Shown here: one piece after another, positions 1 to 7,244 of the stretch
How positions within the stretch are numbered: position 1 is the first letter of the stretch
How the letters are laid out: each line of letters begins with the position of its first letter
Virus record (IMG/VR): IMGVR_UViG_3300013113_000816
Span: 1,223 to 65,222 of that record
Direction: 5' to 3' (one strand)
Length of the DNA stretch: 64,000 nt
Origin: a virus
Taxonomy: Duplodnaviria > Caudoviricetes
Translations under genes and position numbers: made by a program
Notes under the pieces: model-generated
Told to the model about the DNA's origin: nothing
Database searches by the model: none
The model's input: the letters and a program-made list of their open reading frames with translations, nothing else

Positions 1-2
1 AC

Positions 3-203
3 ATTTTAATCAATGGGAAAACAGGTGTAACCGAAGGATATTACACACACTTAACATATGCTTTAAGGGCAGTGTTGAAGAAGCGGTATGTTCCAACAGG
101 AGGTGATGAAAATGTTTATACAATAAAACAATATATTGAAGCAATGCAATTAATGCGCGATGAAATGACGGAATTATTGGTTCCAGCGCATCATAAGCTA
201 TAA
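3..203 (+). CDS. hypothetical protein, 3' part (runs off window start)
   Basis: Manually translated open frame ILINGKTG...VPAHHKL ending in TAA at 201-203. Confidence 0.55.
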   Translation: MLINGKTGVTEGYYTHLTYALRAVLKKRYVPTGGDENVYTIKQYIEAMQLMRDEMTELLVPAHHKL

Positions 204-643
204 TATGCTGTTGGTGGTTCGTACGTAATACATTACTATTAGAATCATCGTCCGTACCTTATACATTACTAGTAAGGTAGGGGTACATACTTCCTATAAT
301 ACACATAGGGGAGTACATAATAATATAATCATAATAATATCATAACATAACATGCTATAACACTGCATAACATATAATGTAATGCTGTAGGCGGGCGGCG
401 GGCGTACGCCGGTATATATGCAATATATCCCATGTGCGCTGATGTCCATATATGCGTGGATACGCCAAGGAAGGAAGTAGATGTATGATCAGTTCAAACC
501 ACCCCTTTCACCACCGACCAAGTATATCCCTATATAATATACCATGGCATTTCCCATTTTGCCCAACCAATGTAAAATCCAAAGGATCCAAAATCGTCTC
601 TTTAACAAATCTTTTTGTATCGAGCAAGGTATATACGAAGGAT

Positions 644-676
644 TTGGTCACCTGGGGAACTTTTCGTATATTTATA
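644..676 (+). promoter_or_regulatory. TTGG-N17-CGTATATT promoter overlapping a TATTTATA motif
   Basis: TTGG at 644-647, CGTATATTTATA at 665-676, directly upstream of ORF 694; the same spacing recurs at six other sites. Confidence 0.65.
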
Positions 677-693
677 CCATATAAAAACACACC

Positions 694-1002
694 ATGGAAG
701 ACTTCAATTTAAGAAAATACTTAAAAGAAAATAAGCTAGTAAAAGAAGACTCTAGAATGTCCACTTTCAAACCGGGTGATATGTATTCGGCTAATTTTGA
801 TTACAAAGGTATGTTAGATTATTTAAGGAACATAGATATGGAAACAGCGGATGTGGAAGAGCTAGAAAAGGTGCATACGTCTTTAGTAGATGTTAATTAT
901 CATGCAGAAGCAAGCGCGTTGTCGTTCTTCATTGATGCTTTAAAAGACCATGACCCAGCTATTCAAGGCTATTATAAGGAGTTAATAAAAACAATAGGAT
1001 AA
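694..1002 (+). CDS. small protein with MxxFNLRKYLxEN leader (putative internal head protein)
   Basis: N-terminus MEDFNLRKYLKENKLVKE resembles the leaders of 36690 and 41767. Confidence 0.75.
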   Translation: MEDFNLRKYLKENKLVKEDSRMSTFKPGDMYSANFDYKGMLDYLRNIDMETADVEELEKVHTSLVDVNYHAEASALSFFIDALKDHDPAIQGYYKELIKTIG

Positions 1003-1104
1003 AAAATCTCTCAATATAGCTGCTTTTTCATAATACTCTTTTTTAACAGCAAATTTTAACATATCCCTTAAAATATCTTCGGTAAGAACTATTTTATCTC
1101 TCAT
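982..1104 (-). CDS. cassette 10: 40-aa protein with UVR (UvrB/C)-like motif
   Basis: Manual translation MRDKIVLTEDILRDMLKFAVKKEYYEKAAILRDFLSYCFY; ATG lies within the 19-nt repeat. Confidence 0.6.
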   Translation of the reverse strand: MRDKIVLTEDILRDMLKFAVKKEYYEKAAILRDFLSYCFY

Positions 1105-1270
1105 CTTTGTTTTGGTTTAAGTACTCTTTCTCTTTTTCTTCATACCATTCTTTATACTCATCTGTACCATTATACATCACCTCCCCTGTATGTAGTTCTA
1201 CAAAGAACCCCATTCCAAAGCTGTGCCCATAATCTTTAATGAATTGTTTGATATAATCTTGTTTACTCAT
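1094..1270 (-). CDS. cassette 9: 58-aa hypothetical protein
   Basis: Manual translation MSKQDYIKQFIKDYGHSFGMG...EYLNQNKDER; ATG lies within the repeat. Confidence 0.7.
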   Translation of the reverse strand: MSKQDYIKQFIKDYGHSFGMGFFVELHTGEVMYNGTDEYKEWYEEKEKEYLNQNKDER

Positions 1271-1448
1271 CTTTGTTTTGGTTTAATAGTAAAAAGGTTT
1301 TATCATTATCAGTTAATTCACTTCTTAATCTAGGAATACCAGCTTTATCATGTTGTTCTTCTGGTGTCCATTTATTCATTCTATAATCATAATTCTTACT
1401 ATGGAATATAATAGACCTTTCTCTCTCAGTTAATTCTTCTTCACTCAT
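1263..1448 (-). CDS. cassette 8: 61-aa hypothetical protein
   Basis: ORF track; starts in a repeat and ends LNQNKDE by reading through the next repeat. Confidence 0.7.
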   Translation of the reverse strand: MSEEELTERERSIIFHSKNYDYRMNKWTPEEQHDKAGIPRLRSELTDNDKTFLLLNQNKDE

Positions 1449-1729
1449 CTTTGTTTTGGTTTATTTATTTCATCTATCACTTTATAAAATTCTTTTTCCG
1501 CCTTTTCCAATCTTTTTAAATGTATTTTATATTCATCTTTATCTATCAACTTAGGGTTAATACATTCCACTCTACTTTCACCTTTTATAGGTACGAAATA
1601 GGATAAATGTTCATCCTTATCAGAACTAATTTTTTTTACTACTTCTTCTATAAAAGTTGGTATCTCAGTGTTAATCAAATTACCGGTGTCTATATAATGC
1701 ACTAAAATTAATTTATCTTTATTCATCAT
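1445..1729 (-). CDS. cassette 7: 94-aa hypothetical protein
   Basis: ORF track; ends KPKQR at the TGA of the next repeat (ATGA overlap). Confidence 0.75.
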   Translation of the reverse strand: MMNKDKLILVHYIDTGNLINTEIPTFIEEVVKKISSDKDEHLSYFVPIKGESRVECINPKLIDKDEYKIHLKRLEKAEKEFYKVIDEINKPKQR

Positions 1730-1931
1730 CTTTGTTTTGGTTTAATTTATGGTGTAACATATTTCTTAATTTATTCACCTCTGTCATTTTTACTCTCCCA
1801 AAATCTTCACAATAGTAATTCTCTTTAACACTCATCCCATTATCAGCTTGGGTTTTCAATTGAGTCCAATAATCATATATTAAATCTACTAATTCAGATT
1901 TGTCTAATTGGTTTAATTCTTCTTTACTCAT
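1719..1931 (-). CDS. cassette 6: 70-aa hypothetical protein
   Basis: ORF track; ends LNQNKDDE. Confidence 0.7.
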   Translation of the reverse strand: MSKEELNQLDKSELVDLIYDYWTQLKTQADNGMSVKENYYCEDFGRVKMTEVNKLRNMLHHKLNQNKDDE

Positions 1932-2017
1932 CTTTGTTTTGGTTTAATTATTTCTATAATAACAATTAATGTTAAATTAATACAAGTTATTAATAATAAT
2001 ATCTCAGTTAGACTCAT
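1928..2017 (-). CDS. cassette 5: 29-aa hydrophobic peptide
   Basis: Manual translation MSLTEILLLITCINLTLIVIIEIIKPKQR, running exactly from one repeat to the next. Confidence 0.6.
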   Translation of the reverse strand: MSLTEILLLITCINLTLIVIIEIIKPKQR

Positions 2018-2029
2018 CTTTGTTTTGGT

Positions 2030-2311
2030 TTAATTCTTTAAGAGATTAACAAATCTATAACAATGAGCAAAATAATCCCTTCCAGTATGAGAATTAACCT
2101 CATCAGTTCTGTTTAACAATACATTTAAAAACAATGCCGATAAATGATGATAATATTTTCTAGCATAATATTCATCATCACCATCAAATTTAAGTTGTTC
2201 AATCAATTCTATGTTACTATATTTTTTACCATTGGAAAACTCATACACCAACTTATCAACTAGTTTGTTGCCTTTGTCCAAATAATCATATTCTTTTTCT
2301 CTAGTTTTCAT
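2030..2311 (-). CDS. cassette 4: 93-aa hypothetical protein
   Basis: ORF track; the stop is the TAA at the start of the next repeat. Confidence 0.75.
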   Translation of the reverse strand: MKTREKEYDYLDKGNKLVDKLVYEFSNGKKYSNIELIEQLKFDGDDEYYARKYYHHLSALFLNVLLNRTDEVNSHTGRDYFAHCYRFVNLLKN

Positions 2312-2462
2312 CTTCTTTTGGTTTTAAGTTATCAGATAGTATTTTTTGTATATCCTTGTCCATAGATAATTCATACATAATATCTATTTCTTTATCTGTT
2401 GGGTTAGGTAATTTAAGCAATAACCCATATAACTTTTTCTTAGCTTCAATTATTTCTCTCAT
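2301..2462 (-). CDS. cassette 3: 53-aa hypothetical protein
   Basis: Manual translation MREIIEAKKKLYGLLLKLPNPTDKEIDIMYELSMDKDIQKILSDNLKPKEDEN. Confidence 0.65.
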   Translation of the reverse strand: MREIIEAKKKLYGLLLKLPNPTDKEIDIMYELSMDKDIQKILSDNLKPKEDEN

Positions 2463-2481
2463 CTTTGTTTTGGTTTATTTT

Positions 2482-2586
2482 TCATATTATAATTAATGTA
2501 TATATTATTACAGAACAAGCAATTAATGTTCCTATAATATGTAACCCCTTCTGTAACTTATTTAATTTATTCCAATCCTCTATCAT
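2482..2586 (-). CDS. cassette 2: 34-aa membrane peptide
   Basis: Manual translation MIEDWNKLNKLQKGLHIIGTLIACSVIIYTLIII. Confidence 0.6.
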   Translation of the reverse strand: MIEDWNKLNKLQKGLHIIGTLIACSVIIYTLIII

Positions 2587-2598
2587 CTTTGTTTTGTT

Positions 2599-2715
2599 TT
2601 ATAGAACAGCACTTAAAACACTAGCTATTATTCCTATAATAATGAATAACCAAGTTAATTGTTCATGTGATTGTTCTGATTCTTTTTTTACTTGTGTTTT
2701 TGTTTTAAACTTCAT
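2599..2715 (-). CDS. cassette 1: 38-aa membrane peptide
   Basis: Manual translation MKFKTKTQVKKESEQSHEQLTWLFIIIGIIASVLSAVL; the stop is the TAA of the next repeat. Confidence 0.6.
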   Translation of the reverse strand: MKFKTKTQVKKESEQSHEQLTWLFIIIGIIASVLSAVL

Positions 2716-2730
2716 CTTTGTTTTGGCGTC

Positions 2731-2759
2731 AATATACGAAAGAAATATGGGATTTCCAA
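2731..2759 (-). promoter_or_regulatory. TTGG-N17-CGTATATT promoter driving the cassette array
   Basis: Minus strand reads TTGG aaatcccatatttcttt CGTATATT gacg CCAAAACAAAGATG, leading straight into the first repeat. Confidence 0.7.
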
Positions 2760-2792
2760 GTTATTCCCAAAAAAACGTATATACGTAAGAAA

Positions 2793-2825
2793 TTGGTTAC
2801 CTGAAGGGCCTTTCGTATATTTATA
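2793..2825 (+). promoter_or_regulatory. TTGG-N17-CGTATATT / TATTTATA promoter for the MKKSEL cluster
   Basis: TTGG at 2793-2796, CGTATATTTATA at 2814-2825; divergent from the array promoter. Confidence 0.65.
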
Positions 2826-2839
2826 ATAAATTATATTCA

Positions 2840-3067
2840 ATGAAAAAATCAGAACTAAGGAAAATTATCAAAGAGGAAATTTTGAAAGAATCACTTCAAT
2901 TTACCCCGGAGGAGAAAAAAGAAGGCCAACAAATGGAAATGAAAGTAAATGTTCTATCTACCATAGATGAATTAAACCAGTTTCTGAATGGTAATGTAAC
3001 CGCTGAGGGATTGAAAGATGCTTTAGAAAGTATGATTTATAAACTAAATAGATTAAATTATAAATAA
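2840..3067 (+). CDS. MKKSEL-leader small protein 1 (putative internal head protein)
   Basis: MKKSELRKIIKEEILKE leader followed by a unique body. Confidence 0.8.
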   Translation: MKKSELRKIIKEEILKESLQFTPEEKKEGQQMEMKVNVLSTIDELNQFLNGNVTAEGLKDALESMIYKLNRLNYK

Positions 3068-3312
3068 TGAAAAAATCAGAATTAAGAAAATTAATTAAAG
3101 AGGAATTAAAATCTGTAAATGAAGGAATTGAAAATAAAATTCCCGGAATGAGAGATTTCTTATTATTTAAATCCATTATGGATACTCGAACTATAAAACG
3201 TGCTGATGATGAAGATCAACGTAGATGGGCTGAGGTTACTGAGGAATTAGATGATACCTTAACGCGTTGGATGGATTTGTTGTTAGAATTAGATAAAATA
3301 TACCCATCATGA
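3067..3312 (+). CDS. MKKSEL-leader small protein 2
   Basis: MKKSELRKLIKEELKSVNE; TAATG coupling to the previous gene. Confidence 0.8.
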   Translation: MKKSELRKLIKEELKSVNEGIENKIPGMRDFLLFKSIMDTRTIKRADDEDQRRWAEVTEELDDTLTRWMDLLLELDKIYPS

Positions 3313-3530
3313 AAAGATCACAACTAAGACAAATAATCAAAGAAGAAATCTCAAAAGAATTAAAGGAAGGCGCTTTAATGGACCAGGGTGGTTGGGATTA
3401 TAACTTAATGGACCAGATAGAGGATAAAGTTGAGGAATTAAACTCAATAATTGGGAAATATGATAATGAGGAGATTATTAATTTAATAAATGAAATTATT
3501 AGAGATCTTGAACAGCTGAAAAATAAATAA
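3309..3530 (+). CDS. MKKSEL-leader small protein 3
   Basis: MKRSQLRQIIKEEISKELKE; ATGA coupling. Confidence 0.8.
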   Translation: MKRSQLRQIIKEEISKELKEGALMDQGGWDYNLMDQIEDKVEELNSIIGKYDNEEIINLINEIIRDLEQLKNK

Positions 3531-3805
3531 TGAAAAAATCTGAATTAAAACGTATTATCAAAGAAGAAATTTCCAAGGTATTAAAAGAAAATACTATGGA
3601 AATAAAACCCGGAATTAACCTAAAAGGGAATGATGGTAACTTATATACAGTCCTAAAAGCGGGTAATCCTCAAACCCCACACCTCATTAACAATGTAGTT
3701 GCATTAATGAGATTTAATGATGATGAAATTGTTTATTTCCCTCAAGATTTCGGTAGATATTTAGAAATAGACCAATTTTGGGATCATTTTGAACAAACTA
3801 GATAA
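3530..3805 (+). CDS. MKKSEL-leader small protein 4
   Basis: MKKSELKRIIKEEISKVLKE. Confidence 0.8.
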   Translation: MKKSELKRIIKEEISKVLKENTMEIKPGINLKGNDGNLYTVLKAGNPQTPHLINNVVALMRFNDDEIVYFPQDFGRYLEIDQFWDHFEQTR

Positions 3806-3807
3806 TT

Positions 3808-4128
3808 ATGAAAAAATCACAACTAAGAAAAATCATTAGAGAAGAACTTAAAGGAGCACTAAATGAAGGTATTAACCCTTTAAAACATCATTTCTTAAAT
3901 TTACAATTAGATCTTAGACAAGAACTTATTAATAAATTAAAGGGTATGGATACCCAAGCATATATTGCAACTATTGAAAAATTGATTAATGAAGAGGGTT
4001 GGAATATTGGAAATCCTGAGGATGGTAGAGAGGTGTATTTATATATCCAAGGGATGGATGATCAAAAAGTTGAGGCTGCATTAGAAAGTGAAGCCCTTAT
4101 AAGAGGATACGGTACACATATTAGATAA
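3808..4128 (+). CDS. MKKSEL-leader small protein 5
   Basis: MKKSQLRKIIREELKGALNE. Confidence 0.8.
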   Translation: MKKSQLRKIIREELKGALNEGINPLKHHFLNLQLDLRQELINKLKGMDTQAYIATIEKLINEEGWNIGNPEDGREVYLYIQGMDDQKVEAALESEALIRGYGTHIR

Positions 4129-4136
4129 AATAAATT

Positions 4137-4448
4137 ATGAAAAGATCACAACTAAGGAAAATCATCAAAGAAGAACTTAGTAAATCTATTGTTGAAAATG
4201 AACAGTGGAGTGCAGGTGATGTAAGTGAAATTATGAGGCAATTATTGTTAACTCAAAAAACATTGAGAAATGGTGCTTCTCATATGGAGAGATTAATTGA
4301 AGTATTAGGTAAGTATGTTAATAAACCCCAAGGAGATAAATTAGCAGGTATGGTTCCTGATAACTACCAGGTAATTGATATTCTTAATAAAATGGAGAAT
4401 TTAAATAAAGGTCTTCATGCTATGTTCCCACATTTAAATAAAAAATGA
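4137..4448 (+). CDS. MKKSEL-leader small protein 6
   Basis: MKRSQLRKIIKEELSKSIVENE. Confidence 0.8.
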   Translation: MKRSQLRKIIKEELSKSIVENEQWSAGDVSEIMRQLLLTQKTLRNGASHMERLIEVLGKYVNKPQGDKLAGMVPDNYQVIDILNKMENLNKGLHAMFPHLNKK

Positions 4449-4621
4449 CTCACAACGAATTAATATGCTACATACAAGGGGTTTTAGATGCTCATCGTAA
4501 AATCAAAATTGAAGTAAGTAAAACTACTAAAATTGAAGATTTAGAAAGTGGGGAGATTTGTGAGAGGTTGATAGAAAAGGCAATAGAAAAATATAGAGAA
4601 AACCCCTCTCCCAAAGCTTAA
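4445..4621 (+). CDS. 58-aa hypothetical protein
   Basis: Manual translation MTHNELICYIQGVLDAHRK...ENPSPKA; ATGA-coupled to the previous gene. Confidence 0.6.
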   Translation: MTHNELICYIQGVLDAHRKIKIEVSKTTKIEDLESGEICERLIEKAIEKYRENPSPKA

Positions 4622-4715
4622 TCCCGAATATCTGTCGATTTATCATGCTTATCCCAAGATACTTTGGAATTAGTAAAGTTCCTTAGTATATTATCCATAT
4701 TTATAACAAATAATT

Positions 4716-6287
4716 ATGGAAACAAATTCAAAAAAATACAGCTTTTACACTTTAATAATAATCCTTTTAGCAATGTTTATTGGTGGGTATCAAACTTGCG
4801 CCCAACCAACAGTAACCCTCATGCCTGTTGATGGGAATTGGTATACTTGGACTGTTGATGATGGAATCTTATATGATGATGGGGATGTAGGTGGAAATTA
4901 TACTAATAATGGTTTAGGAGCATTAACAATATATCCTACAGACCAAACCAGTGATAAAATTTATTTAAGATTTGTTGAATTTAGAGTTGAAAACCATTCA
5001 TCTTGTAATTACGATTATTTAGAAGTTTATGATGGAGATGATTTTACTACGTTAATTGGTAAATATTGTGGTACAGATTTACCAGATGTTGTTCAATCAA
5101 CACATCCAACAGGAGCCGTTACATTATTATGGTCTTCAGACTTTTCAGTTACAGATGCAGGATTTAAAATAGATGTTAGTGTAATAGATCCATTATGGAC
5201 TATTGAATTGGGAGATAGAAATTCTCAATCAACAGACGGCAGAGTACCATCATATGGTTATTATGATTATTCATGGTCTGGTTTAATGTGGGGTCAAGCA
5301 GATATGGGAGTTCCTATTATAATAGAGAGCATTTCATTTGATGTGGTAAATGATATTGATTTAACTATGAACAATCAAAAAATATATTTAGCACATACCT
5401 CTGCTAATATGTTTCCTGATGGAATAGAACCCACAGATGGTAGTGGCCCATGGACAGATTGGACATTGGTGTATGCGGGAGATATTAAATGGGTTCAAGG
5501 ATGGAATACTATTACATTAGATGCTCCTTTTGTTTATAATGGGTTAGAAGGATTATTAGTTAAAACTGTAAATGAAGATGGTTCATGGGTAAGTGCATAC
5601 CCTCAATATAGATACACTTCTAGAGCAAATACAGTTGTATATAATTATGCTGATGGAGCATTTCCAGGACCATCAGGGTTTAGAAATTCTTTAAGACCTA
5701 ATATGAGGTTTGGATTTGGAGGGGGTGGAGCTTTACCTATTGTTTTAATGTCGTTTACAGGAGAAGTTAATGATAATAATAATGTTAATTTAAATTGGGT
5801 TGTTGCATCTCAAGTAAATAATGATTATTTCACTATTGAAAGAAGTTTAGATTGTAGGGAATGGGAAGTTGTTGATAATATTAATGGAGCAGGAAATAAT
5901 AATATGGAAATGAGTTATAATTTAGTAGACCATAATCCCCATCTTGGATTATCTTATTATAGATTATCACAAACTGATTATGATGGGAAATTTGAAGTAT
6001 TCAACCCAATATCAGTAGAAGTTTCAAATGAACACACTGTTGGTTTACATATAGTCCCTAATCCAGCAATTGATAATATACATTTAGAATTAGTTTATCC
6101 AAATGACCACCCAATAAACCATGATGTAAAAATATATAATTCAAAAGGTGAAGAAGTGTATAAAATGTTTTATATAGGTGAATTAGAAGAATTTAATATA
6201 AACATACAGAAATTTGTCCCCGGATATTATATAGTAAGATCAAAAAGTGATAATTTAAATGGTGAAGGTAAATTTATAAAGAAATAA
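4716..6287 (+). CDS. secreted protein: signal peptide, CUB domain and T9SS type-A-like C-terminal region
   Basis: Hydrophobic N-terminus; CUB-like CNYDYLEVYDG..IGKYCG..WSSDFSVTDAGF; ALPIVLMSF..NNDYFTIERS..SYYRLSQTDYDG; C-terminal IVPNPA..PGYYIV..KFIKK typical of Por secretion tails. Confidence 0.8.
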   Translation: METNSKKYSFYTLIIILLAMFIGGYQTCAQPTVTLMPVDGNWYTWTVDDGILYDDGDVGGNYTNNGLGALTIYPTDQTSDKIYLRFVEFRVENHSSCNYDYLEVYDGDDFTTLIGKYCGTDLPDVVQSTHPTGAVTLLWSSDFSVTDAGFKIDVSVIDPLWTIELGDRNSQSTDGRVPSYGYYDYSWSGLMWGQADMGVPIIIESISFDVVNDIDLTMNNQKIYLAHTSANMFPDGIEPTDGSGPWTDWTLVYAGDIKWVQGWNTITLDAPFVYNGLEGLLVKTVNEDGSWVSAYPQYRYTSRANTVVYNYADGAFPGPSGFRNSLRPNMRFGFGGGGALPIVLMSFTGEVNDNNNVNLNWVVASQVNNDYFTIERSLDCREWEVVDNINGAGNNNMEMSYNLVDHNPHLGLSYYRLSQTDYDGKFEVFNPISVEVSNEHTVGLHIVPNPAIDNIHLELVYPNDHPINHDVKIYNSKGEEVYKMFYIGELEEFNINIQKFVPGYYIVRSKSDNLNGEGKFIKK

Positions 6288-6667
6288 TGGAAATAAAAGC
6301 CTTAGGGAATAAACCCTATGTTAAATTAGATAAAGAAAATTGTACCCTAACTATTAAAGGTAAATCATACCCTGAACACCCCTCAACTTTTTATAATCCT
6401 ATCCTAGAAGAATTGGAAAAATGCTCAGAATATATGGAAGGGGCGGTTATAACCATTGACTTAGCATTAGAAATTATGAATTCTGTTTCTACTAAATATA
6501 TTTACCATATGATTAAAAAAATAGATGGGTCTGCTAGAAATCTTGTTATCAATTGGTATTATGAAGAAGATGATGATGATATGAAAGAAGAGGGTTCTTT
6601 ATTTAGAAATGCTTTCCCTAATTCAAAGTTTAACATAATTTTTGTAGAGGATTTGATGGAGATATGA
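6287..6667 (+). CDS. DUF1987 / SiaC-like protein
   Basis: PYVKLD..LTIKGKSYPE..FYNPI..NSVSTK..INWYYEEDDDDMKEEG pattern. Confidence 0.7.
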   Translation: MEIKALGNKPYVKLDKENCTLTIKGKSYPEHPSTFYNPILEELEKCSEYMEGAVITIDLALEIMNSVSTKYIYHMIKKIDGSARNLVINWYYEEDDDDMKEEGSLFRNAFPNSKFNIIFVEDLMEI

Positions 6668-7050
6668 TAGGTTTTGTTGTTTTAATTGTTGCCTCTATTT
6701 TACTCTATCTATTACTTCCAATAGTTTCTATTTTTATGATTATTAAATATCTCTTTACAGGGGATAAAAGGATGATGTCTGTTTGGTTTTGGCGTACAGC
6801 TAGAGAAATTGATGTATTTGCTAATGTAAATGGAGCAGAATTTTTTGATGCTATTTTTATTAGAGATGGGGGGTATAAATTTGGTAATCCTAAAGAAACC
6901 ATCTCTTCCGTGATTGGAAAAAATCAAAGAGATAATACATTATCCATAGCAGGTCAAATATTAAGGTGGATGTTAGATAGAATAGATCAAGACCATTGTT
7001 TAAACTCCATCAATTCTCAAGCCACTAATACTAAAAAAGACACGCATTAA
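6664..7050 (+). CDS. phage membrane protein
   Basis: N-terminal TM segment; FGNPKETISSVIGKN..LDRIDQDHCLNSI. Confidence 0.7.
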   Translation: MIGFVVLIVASILLYLLLPIVSIFMIIKYLFTGDKRMMSVWFWRTAREIDVFANVNGAEFFDAIFIRDGGYKFGNPKETISSVIGKNQRDNTLSIAGQILRWMLDRIDQDHCLNSINSQATNTKKDTH

Positions 7051-7175
7051 CAGCATTTAACGCGCATTTACTGCATTATCACGCGATATTGGCATATATC
7101 GTGGATATTGCGTAATATGCGTTGATTTTCGCACAAAAGTAATTAACATTCTCTTGTCTTTCCTGCGCAGGAGAC

Positions 7176-7204
7176 TTGGAGTCCCAGGAAATCTTTCGTA
7201 TATT
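7176..7204 (+). promoter_or_regulatory. TTGG-N17-CGTATATT promoter
   Basis: TTGG at 7176-7179 and CGTATATT at 7197-7204, upstream of the DUF932 gene. Confidence 0.65.
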
Positions 7205-7244
7205 TACGGACGTAAATAAGAAATAATAATAAAAAATAAAGTAT

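Larger units (their letters stand above)
1101..2726 (-). repeat. ten dispersed copies of TAAACCAAAACAAAGATGA delimiting mini-gene cassettes
   Basis: Plus-strand tcatctttgttttggttta begins at 1101, 1267, 1445, 1726, 1928, 2014 and 2459; variants at 2308 and 2583; a 15-nt partial copy at 2712. Confidence 0.95.

Noticed and set aside
452-712. ORFs 452-712 (+) and 508-690 (-)
   Set aside because: They overlap each other and a promoter element and show no recognisable motifs
1101-2730. CRISPR array interpretation of the 19-nt repeats
   Set aside because: The spacers are long and highly variable (period 86-294 nt), each is an ORF started by the repeat, the repeat is not palindromic, and no cas genes are seen
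2465-2788. 107-aa plus-strand ORF
   Set aside because: It is the antisense shadow of cassettes 1-2 and their promoter, and its TTG start lies inside the repeat
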